DNA of 64,000 nucleotides from an uncultured Gammaproteobacteria bacterium. Lineage in GTDB: Bacteria; Patescibacteriota; Microgenomatia; UBA10105; UBA927. This document shows positions 50,730-57,700 of this stretch, piece by piece (position 1 is the first letter of the stretch; every line of letters begins with the position of its first letter). A program made the translations under genes and the position numbers. Under the pieces are notes generated by a model. It saw nothing but the letters and a program-made list of their open reading frames with translations. It was not told the origin of the DNA and did no database searches. The stretch is taken from the NCBI GenBank assembly GCA_964394685.1, contig CAYMYO010000001.1:128132-192131 (forward strand), read 5' to 3'.

Positions 50730-51534
50730 CACACAACAAGTTCTGCATTTAGATATTGATCTTATCCAACCAAATCCTCTCCAACCGCGCGGACTTATTG
50801 CCCCGGAGGCTCTTGCGGATTTGGTATCTTCTATTAAAGAACATGGAATTATTGAGCCTCTCGTTGTTGCTAAAACTCCTGCCGGATATCAAATCATTGC
50901 CGGAGAACGCAGGTGGCGGGCAGCGCGGCTTGCAGGACTTCCTACAGTACCAATTGTGATCAGAGAAACAACGGCGAAGGGAATGCTGGAGCTAGCACTT
51001 GTTGAAAACGTACAACGTGAAGATCTTAATCCGATAGAACGGGCGCAAGCCTTTCAGAGACTCATTGAAGAATTCGGACTCACTGTTACCGAAATAGCGA
51101 AACGTATTGGTAAAAGCGAATCGTATGTATCCAATACGATGCGTTTACTTGGTATTCCTGATGCAATCAAGGACGGACTCGTATCAGGAGCCATTTCAGA
51201 AGGTCACGCACGGGCAATAGCAGGGCTCACCGACGTGAAACTCATGGTAGAGGCATATAAAACTATTCTTTCGGAAAATGCTTCTGTACGACGCGCCGAA
51301 GACCTTGCGCGGCGACTTAAAGCGCAAACCGGTGGATCGCAGCATGCAACAAAAGTTGAGAGAATTCATAGCGACGAACTTGATGGTATGGCAAAAGATA
51401 TGGCGCAAGCGGTTAATGGATTGGTTAAAATTACACAATCAAAAGTTGAAGCGCGTGTAGTATTTGTGATCCGAGGGAATCTTGAAATGACAAGCGTCAT
51501 TCTCAAGAAAATGAAACAGAAACTTTCCGGTTAA
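50716..51534 (+). CDS. parB: ParB/Spo0J chromosome partitioning protein
   Basis: PNPLQPR, IIAGERRWRAA, ENVQREDLNPIE, HTH, SEGHAR; start could be 50722. Confidence 0.92.
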   Translation: MAMADTQQVLHLDIDLIQPNPLQPRGLIAPEALADLVSSIKEHGIIEPLVVAKTPAGYQIIAGERRWRAARLAGLPTVPIVIRETTAKGMLELALVENVQREDLNPIERAQAFQRLIEEFGLTVTEIAKRIGKSESYVSNTMRLLGIPDAIKDGLVSGAISEGHARAIAGLTDVKLMVEAYKTILSENASVRRAEDLARRLKAQTGGSQHATKVERIHSDELDGMAKDMAQAVNGLVKITQSKVEARVVFVIRGNLEMTSVILKKMKQKLSG

Positions 51535-52094
51535 ATTCCATACTCTACACTTGGAATAACCCAAAATTTATTTATTGGCCAATAGCGAAATAGCGCTTGT
51601 CCAATAATATCCGTAAGTGGTACTGGACCAAACTCCCGTGAATCAGAACTATGCGGTCTATTGTCTCCGACGCAAAAATATGTACCATCAGGAACTGTTA
51701 TTGATACATTTTCTTTAAGAAATGCACCTGGGGATGTGACAATAGTTGGTCCGATATACGCTTCTTCCAATTTCGTACCGTTTATATAAAACGTACTGTT
51801 TTTTAAGAGAACTTCGTCACCAGGAAGACCAATAACCCTTTTGATATAATCAATTTCTTTATTTCTAGGAGATTCAAAAATGACAATGTCGCCCCGCTTC
51901 GGTTTATTGAGTTTATACACGATTTTATTTGTGATGAGAAGTTCCTTGTCATAAAACGTTGGAAACATGGATTGCCCGTTAATTTCCTGCGGAGAAAAGA
52001 GGAATAAATACACCATGACGAGCATGGCCATAAACACGACGATTCCCTGGAAGAAGTCGAAAATTGAACTGATCGTTTTTTTAATTTTATCCAT
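51531..52094 (-). CDS. lepB: Signal peptidase I
   Basis: GQSMFPT, RGDIVIF, YIKRVIGLPGD, GDNR..S.DSREFG. Confidence 0.92.
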   Translation of the reverse strand: MDKIKKTISSIFDFFQGIVVFMAMLVMVYLFLFSPQEINGQSMFPTFYDKELLITNKIVYKLNKPKRGDIVIFESPRNKEIDYIKRVIGLPGDEVLLKNSTFYINGTKLEEAYIGPTIVTSPGAFLKENVSITVPDGTYFCVGDNRPHSSDSREFGPVPLTDIIGQALFRYWPINKFWVIPSVEYGI

Positions 52095-52151
52095 AATTCT
52101 CCCTGTTCCTATGATATAATACAAACGTTTTCGATACAACTGAAATAGTAA

Positions 52152-52224
52152 GGGCGTATAGCTCAGCTGGTAGAGCGTTTCATTGACATTGAAAAGGTCT
52201 CAGGTTCAAGTCCTGATACGCCCA
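52152..52224 (+). tRNA. tRNA-Val(GAC)
   Basis: Cloverleaf: GGGCGTA/TACGCCC acceptor, TTTCA-TTGACAT-TGAAA anticodon arm, TTCAAGT T loop; CCA not encoded; TGATATAAT promoter at 52112. Confidence 0.95.
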
Positions 52225-52272
52225 CAAGGAAATTTTACCGAGTTGCGATACTACTATTAAAATGCAACTGAC

Positions 52273-52473
52273 ATGAATAAAGTATTGTCCATTCCAACTG
52301 CGATATCTATCATTTTAATTCAGGACAAAAACAATTACGTACATATACGAAATATGTTTTTTGTAGCCCTTATCCGAGGAAAAGGAATTCTCGATGGATG
52401 GATCGGTATTAAGGCGCATTTTTATTTCGCGCAATCGATATCTCGGGCGTACTGGGAGGCGATATGGTCATAG
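52273..52473 (+). pseudogene. Probable internally deleted GT2 glycosyltransferase remnant (66 aa)
   Basis: ISIILIQ resembles a GT2 first strand and KGILDGWIG resembles the GFLDG C-terminal motif of the GT2 at 53599. Confidence 0.4.
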
Positions 52474-53534
52474 GTGTTGATGCAGGAGCTATTTGTGAAA
52501 CAGATGACCGGCTGAAAGTCGGCGTGTATCGCGTGACGCTTGAGCTACTGAAACACCTTTCCCGAATTGATTCTGTCAATACATATCGGTTGTACAGTTT
52601 CGCTCCTATTCCCTCAGACATCATGAAAAATTTCGGCACTAACATGGTTAATATCTGTCTTTCGCCATCGTTTGGTTATATGAAATTTCGTTTACCATTG
52701 AAACTCACGGTAGAACCCGTCGATATTTTTTTGGGCGTAGCGCAAGCAATTCCGAATGGCGCTAAAAACGCAATTGGTTTTATTTATGACCTAGGTTTTT
52801 TGCATCACCCTGAAGTCTATGGGGCGCAGGCACACGTACTTGCCAAGCAAACAGAAACGCTTGTTGCGAAATCAGCGCATATCGTGACGATATCAAAGAC
52901 GACAAAAGATGATATCATAAAAACGTATAACGTATCTCCTTCGAACATAACGGTGTTGTATCCGGGAATAAGTGATGTCTTTAGAAAAAATAAAGAGATA
53001 ATACATCACCCGGTTCCGTATTTTTTGATGGTCGGACTCATAAAACCAAGTAAAAATATCCCTCTTGCAATTTGTGCATTTTCACAATTTCTGAAATCTA
53101 CAAAAAAACACTACGATCTTATTATTATCGGCGGAAATACCGGTGTTGATACACAGTCAACCGATAGGGTTCATATTCTTGGACGTCTTCCTGATAGGGA
53201 AGTGGCAAAATGGTATAAAGGAGCTACAGCACTACTAAGTCTTTCGAAAACTGAGGGTTTTTGTCTTCCGGCTGCAGAAAGTTTAGCTAGCGGATGTCCA
53301 GTGATTTATGTTAACGGCGGAGCGCTTCAGGAAATAGTCGGAAATGCTGGTATTGGCGTAAACAATCAAGAGGGGATAGTCCATGGCATGTTGAGATTAT
53401 CGGGTGGTACAATACGAAATGAATACGTAAAAAGATGTATTGATCGGTCTAAATTGTATTCATGGAATAAATTTTCCCGTGTCATCCTGAACTCCTGCCT
53501 TGCCGGCAGGCAGGTGTTTCAGGATCCATTATAA
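52464..53534 (+). CDS. Glycosyltransferase family 4; C-terminus supplied by a repeat
   Basis: IGVDA, IYDL, KPSKN, EGFCLPAAE; last about 18 codons run through the REP-like arm. Confidence 0.8.
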   Translation: MVIGVDAGAICETDDRLKVGVYRVTLELLKHLSRIDSVNTYRLYSFAPIPSDIMKNFGTNMVNICLSPSFGYMKFRLPLKLTVEPVDIFLGVAQAIPNGAKNAIGFIYDLGFLHHPEVYGAQAHVLAKQTETLVAKSAHIVTISKTTKDDIIKTYNVSPSNITVLYPGISDVFRKNKEIIHHPVPYFLMVGLIKPSKNIPLAICAFSQFLKSTKKHYDLIIIGGNTGVDTQSTDRVHILGRLPDREVAKWYKGATALLSLSKTEGFCLPAAESLASGCPVIYVNGGALQEIVGNAGIGVNNQEGIVHGMLRLSGGTIRNEYVKRCIDRSKLYSWNKFSRVILNSCLAGRQVFQDPL

Positions 53535-53584
53535 TCGTTATAAAATGCGAGATGCTGATCCGCCAGCTGGCGGACAGCATGACA
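53480..53584. repeat. REPIN-like inverted doublet (TGTC-tagged), each arm carrying a different palindromic insert
   Basis: TGTCATCCTGAACT[family A 53494-53514]TGTTTCAGGATC...GAGATGCTGA[TCCGCCAGCTGGCGGA 53559-53574]CAGCATGACA; the ends match 9/10 as inverted repeats. Confidence 0.8.
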
Positions 53585-53598
53585 ATAAATAAAAATTT

Positions 53599-54345
53599 AT
53601 GATATCTGCAGTAATTTTAATTCATAACAATGAGGATTCAATTCAAAAAACACTAGAAAGTGTTTCATGGTGTGATGAACGGATTGTTGTTGATGATAAT
53701 TCGACGGATAAAACAAGAGAGATAGCAAAAAATGTAGGAGCCATTGTGTATCAGCATGCACTGAATGATAACTTTGCAGAACAAAGGAATTTTGGATTGG
53801 AAAAAGCAAAGGAAAAATGGATTCTGTTCGTAGATTCGGATGAGATAGTGAATTCCAACCTTCGAGACGAGATGCTGAAATTAATTCAGCATGACAAGGG
53901 GATTCAGGGGTATTATATAAAACGGAAGGATATATTGTTTGGTAGGGAACTACGATATGGAGAGACAGCACATGTTAAGTTGTTACGACTTGCAAAGAAA
54001 AACGCGGGCAAATGGGCAAGAGCCGTTCATGAAACATGGAACGTAAATGGACCGGTCGCCTCTTTAACCACTCCCCTTTTACATTACCCGCATTCGACAA
54101 TCTCAGAATTTCTCACTCAAATTAATCGGTATACTTCACTCAACGCCCGTGAGTTTTATTATGAAGGGAAACGTGTTTCCGCGTGGCAAATAATTGTGTA
54201 TCCAAAAGCAAAATTTATTCAAAACTATATCGTAAGACTTGGATTTCTTGATGGAGCAGCGGGATTCGTTGTTGCTATGATGATGAGCTTCCATTCATTT
54301 TTGACTCGCGGTAAGCTATGGGAGTTGCAGCAAAAGAAAATCTAA
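53599..54345 (+). CDS. Glycosyltransferase family 2 (beta-1,4-glucosyltransferase KdtX-like)
   Basis: VDDNSTD, FAEQRN, FVDSDE, VHE, GFLDG. Confidence 0.85.
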   Translation: MISAVILIHNNEDSIQKTLESVSWCDERIVVDDNSTDKTREIAKNVGAIVYQHALNDNFAEQRNFGLEKAKEKWILFVDSDEIVNSNLRDEMLKLIQHDKGIQGYYIKRKDILFGRELRYGETAHVKLLRLAKKNAGKWARAVHETWNVNGPVASLTTPLLHYPHSTISEFLTQINRYTSLNAREFYYEGKRVSAWQIIVYPKAKFIQNYIVRLGFLDGAAGFVVAMMMSFHSFLTRGKLWELQQKKI

Positions 54346-54346
54346 T

Positions 54347-55387
54347 ATGTGGGAGATGCTATTATTTATTAGTCTTCTTACAGGTCAGCTCGGAAGAATT
54401 CAAATTACGTCCGACGTAGCATTTTATTTCCACGACGTTGTTATTTTATTATATCTTCTTTTTCATTTCAAAAAAATTAAAATTTCTTTTTTAAAACCAT
54501 TGATCCTTGCTTTTGGTGCTTATCTCTTGTTTCGCGCAGGATCACTTGTAGATCTTCTGTATGTACTTCGATTGTTTATGTATATATCAGTTATTTCGAT
54601 TGTTCTGCAATCAATAAAGTCTCAACTGTATTGGTTCCATTGGCTATACTTTTTAGGTGTCGGTTATGCTCTTTTGGGTTTTATTCAAATTCTTTTATAT
54701 CCGAATCTTCGTAATCTTTCATATCTTGGGTGGGACCCGCATTACTACCGTTTATTTTCCACGTTATTTGACCCAAATTTTGTAGGCGGTATCATTGTTG
54801 TTTGTTTCTTTCTCGGGTTGTATATGTTTACTATAACTAAATCGAAATTACAGGTAGTTATATCGCAGGTCATACTTATTATTGCACTCCTGTTTACATA
54901 CTCTCGAAGCAGTTTCATCGCTTTCATTACTGGACTCATTGTTTATATTGTCGTTACAAAAAAATGGAGATATATACTATTTCTTGCTTTGATTCCTCTT
55001 GTCATTTTCTTTTTTCCTTCTCTCGGAGGAATATCCACAGACATCGGGCGTATGTGGTCGGTGACAGCAAGAATCACAAATTGGCAGGAGGGGAGTCGAC
55101 TTTTTTTGCAGTCCCCCATTATCGGAAACGGATTTTCCATGAGGAGAATTGATAACAGTGTACTGTTTATTCTTGTTACGACCGGTGTTATCGGGTTTGT
55201 CGCATTTGCAAACGTGGGAATTTATTTGATTCGATCAAATTTTATTATTAAAAAACAACTTCTCAAAGCAGTATATTTTTCAATTCTAGCAGTTCTTTTC
55301 ATTCACAGCATGTTTGTGAATAGCTTATTCTATCCACAAATTCTTATCTGGTTTTGGATTTTTATCGGAGCTATTTCCCGTAGTTGA
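54347..55387 (+). CDS. O-antigen ligase family membrane protein
   Basis: RLFSTLFDPN, FTYSRSS, R...W..G..LF..SPIIG.G, DNS.LFIL.TTG.IG. Confidence 0.75.
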   Translation: MWEMLLFISLLTGQLGRIQITSDVAFYFHDVVILLYLLFHFKKIKISFLKPLILAFGAYLLFRAGSLVDLLYVLRLFMYISVISIVLQSIKSQLYWFHWLYFLGVGYALLGFIQILLYPNLRNLSYLGWDPHYYRLFSTLFDPNFVGGIIVVCFFLGLYMFTITKSKLQVVISQVILIIALLFTYSRSSFIAFITGLIVYIVVTKKWRYILFLALIPLVIFFFPSLGGISTDIGRMWSVTARITNWQEGSRLFLQSPIIGNGFSMRRIDNSVLFILVTTGVIGFVAFANVGIYLIRSNFIIKKQLLKAVYFSILAVLFIHSMFVNSLFYPQILIWFWIFIGAISRS

Positions 55388-56081
55388 TTTTCCGCTCAAC
55401 GGTTATTTGGTTTCCTGCGGTATCGCTAGCAATTACTTTAATGGTGGAATCACCATCAAGTACATTGAGATCATGGGAAAATGATCCATCATTTCTCACA
55501 ATGGCAAGCCGGTCATTGACAGTAACTGTATTTGCCTCATCGTTGGTTTTTCCCGTAACAGTGATGGTATTTTGTTCCTGTCTGATTTGTTGATTATCCG
55601 GAGGGTAGGATATTTCAAGCGTTGGTTTGGATTTTTTGCTGACAACAGTAAATACTTCTGACAACGCGCTCACGTTTTTCTTATCATCAGTTTGCTTGGC
55701 GCTAATGGTATTAGATCCCTCAATGAGCTTGACTGAATTGATTTTAAACGACCCGTCTTTATCAACTGTTGTTTTTTCCGTATCCGTATCATTGATATAG
55801 ACAATGACTGTCATTCCCGGCTGGCCTTTGCCGCTAACAGCGATTGTCGCGCTGTTGGTTGCAATCGGTAGCGGATCGAACTCAGGAGGCAATATAAGTT
55901 GCTGGGTTACTTGCTGTTGCGGGGTTCCTCGTAATTTATCAACCAGCAAGCTAAAACCAACAAGAATTTTAATGCCAAAAACGCCAAGAAAGATAAAAAT
56001 AGCGATAATACCGATAATAGAAAAAGCTATTTTTTTTTCCTGGCGCTTTTCTTCGAATCTTCTTAGTCTTGAGTATTGCAT
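55371..56081 (-). CDS. Membrane-anchored protein with two Ig-like domains
   Basis: N-terminal TM; DGSF...L.EG.NTI and DGSF...G.STIKVIA.D.AGN. Confidence 0.7.
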   Translation of the reverse strand: MQYSRLRRFEEKRQEKKIAFSIIGIIAIFIFLGVFGIKILVGFSLLVDKLRGTPQQQVTQQLILPPEFDPLPIATNSATIAVSGKGQPGMTVIVYINDTDTEKTTVDKDGSFKINSVKLIEGSNTISAKQTDDKKNVSALSEVFTVVSKKSKPTLEISYPPDNQQIRQEQNTITVTGKTNDEANTVTVNDRLAIVRNDGSFSHDLNVLDGDSTIKVIASDTAGNQITVERKINYGK

Positions 56082-56090
56082 ATATCTAAG

Positions 56091-56161
56091 AGCCTCCTGT
56101 CAGAATTGAACTGACATCTACGGTTTACGATACCGCTGCTCTACCGTTGAGCTAAGGAGGC
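56091..56161 (-). tRNA. tRNA-Thr(CGT)
   Basis: GCCTCCT/AGGAGGC acceptor, GCGGT-ATCGTAA-ACCGT anticodon arm, GTCAG-TTCAATT-CTGAC T arm; CCA not encoded. Confidence 0.9.
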
Positions 56162-56263
56162 AGTCGCTAAACCTATTTTACCAAATTCCAGCAAGGTGCG
56201 CTTGAGTATATCTACAAAACTGCTCGAACTTATTTTACCAAAAATTACTGAAAAATGTTAGCT

Positions 56264-56285
56264 CCGGAGAAATTTTCATCGTTTT
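56264..56285 (+). repeat. 22-bp inverted repeat, left copy (pairs with 63972-63993)
   Basis: CCGGAGAAATTTTCATCGTTTT; 20/22 identical to the reverse complement of 63972-63993. Confidence 0.75.
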
Positions 56286-56315
56286 ATGTGAGACTCTGAT
56301 ACAATCTGTCTACTA

Positions 56316-57104
56316 ATGAAAATTATCATTACTGCGGATCTTCATTACGGGGTTGGTAACAACCAAAAAATAGTCGCAAACTTTGCTAAAAGAATTATAA
56401 AAACAAAGGTCGATGTTCTTCTTCTGGTCGGTGATACGTTTGCTTTTCATCAGCACCTTCTGTTGGAATGTTTAACATTATTTGCTCCATTTAAAGGTGA
56501 TAAACTTTTTGTGGCAGGAAACCATGACTTGTGGACACTGGGGAAAGACTCATTGAAAATTTATGAGAAAGTATTGTCGCGGATAACCAAACAATGTGGT
56601 TTTCATTATCTTGACCAAAAACCATTTATAAAAGGAACGGTTGGTTTTGTGGGCAGTATTGGTTGGTATGATTACTCATTCAAAGATCCGGACAAGCCGA
56701 TTCCCCAAGACTATTATGTGCAGAAGAACTGGCCCGGAGTTGTTTCCTGGAATGATAAGCTCTATGTGCATCTAGGAATGAGTGATGAGGCTTTTACAAA
56801 AAGGATTAACCATAGGTTCAAGCGGCATTTAACACTGGTGAGCAAACAGGTAAAAGCAATTATTTGTGCTGTTCACCACGTACCTTTTAGGCAACTTCTA
56901 AGGACAAACCATACATCGACAGATAAATTTTTAGCCGCTTTTTCCGGCAGTGAAGAAACGGGAAATATCATCAAGGCTTTTCCGAAAGTCAAATATGTCT
57001 TTTGTGGTCATACGCACCAAAGAAAGAAAGCTATTATTAGCAATATAACAGCAGTGAATATCGGTAGCGACTATCTGCGGAAGCGATTTGACGTCATCGA
57101 ATAA
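56316..57104 (+). CDS. Calcineurin-like metallophosphoesterase
   Basis: ADLH, VGD, GNHD, HHVP, GHTH. Confidence 0.85.
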   Translation: MKIIITADLHYGVGNNQKIVANFAKRIIKTKVDVLLLVGDTFAFHQHLLLECLTLFAPFKGDKLFVAGNHDLWTLGKDSLKIYEKVLSRITKQCGFHYLDQKPFIKGTVGFVGSIGWYDYSFKDPDKPIPQDYYVQKNWPGVVSWNDKLYVHLGMSDEAFTKRINHRFKRHLTLVSKQVKAIICAVHHVPFRQLLRTNHTSTDKFLAAFSGSEETGNIIKAFPKVKYVFCGHTHQRKKAIISNITAVNIGSDYLRKRFDVIE

Positions 57105-57116
57105 CAGTTCCAGTGT

Positions 57117-57488
57117 TTATCGTGCGTCTTGTGCACGGTGGATTTCTTGTTCGCTCATACCGAAATGGTGTCCGATTTCATGCAGCACTGTTTCCCTTAT
57201 CTGGGCCTTTACCGCACCCGGATTGCCGCCGAATTGCGCCAGGATCGGCCCGGCGTATATGACGATTTTGTCAGGTAGCACCCCGCTGTAGTTTGCCCGC
57301 CTCGTTTTTGCTACGCCCCGATACAGACCATAGAGGATTGTGTCGGCTCCGGCACCGACGCTTTGGAGGTCGTCTTGGCTTGGCCATGCTTCCACCACAA
57401 CCCCCACATTATCCAGCTGCCGGGCAAACTCCTTCGGTATACTTTCCAGTACTTCAGAAACGAGCGCTTCAAACTCCTCACGCGTCAT
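57117..57488 (-). CDS. Zincin-like metallopeptidase (DUF1025-like)
   Basis: YGLY.G, LPDKIVIY, TVLHEIGHHFG. Confidence 0.85.
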   Translation of the reverse strand: MTREEFEALVSEVLESIPKEFARQLDNVGVVVEAWPSQDDLQSVGAGADTILYGLYRGVAKTRRANYSGVLPDKIVIYAGPILAQFGGNPGAVKAQIRETVLHEIGHHFGMSEQEIHRAQDAR

Positions 57489-57502
57489 TCCTGTATCGGT
57501 TT

Positions 57503-57700
57503 TTATAGCTTTTCCTCCACAATTTCTCCCTCCACAATCTTGCTCTTGCTTGCCATAAACTCCGCCGAAGGGTCAAAATCAGGCGAGTGAGATTTCTTTT
57601 TAGGCAGATGTTGTTTTCTGGAGATTTTTCTAAATAGATAAAAAAGCACCAGCGGAACCAAGGGGACCAGTATCTTTCTAATCAGGGTAAATAGGATCAT
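57503..57700 (-). CDS. Small single-TM hypothetical protein
   Basis: 65 aa, TM then IVEGEIVEE; start overlaps the UPF0182 stop; carries an 8-codon repeat insert. Confidence 0.6.
   Translation of the reverse strand: MILFTLIRKILVPLVPLVLFYLFRKISRKQHLPKKKSHSPDFDPSAEFMASKSKIVEGEIVEEKL
57548..57571 (-). repeat. Family-C element (degenerate), in frame (PSAEFMAS)
   Basis: CCTTCGGCGGAGTTTATGGCAAGC aligns with CATTCGACAAGCTCAGTGCAAGC. Confidence 0.5.

Noticed and set aside
50878-50886. CCTGCCGGA in parB, resembling half of family A
   Set aside because: No second arm; it encodes the ordinary PAG before YQIIAGERR.
54091-54106. CATTCGACAATCTCAG, a 15/16 match to the family-C core
   Set aside because: It encodes HSTIS within HYPH.TISEF, which reads as native GT2 sequence with no sign of extra residues; probably chance, but worth rechecking in an orthologue alignment.
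52225-56090. tRNA-anchored integrated element between tRNA-Val and tRNA-Thr
   Set aside because: No duplicated tRNA 3' end (att site) or integrase was found, and the composition resembles the backbone.
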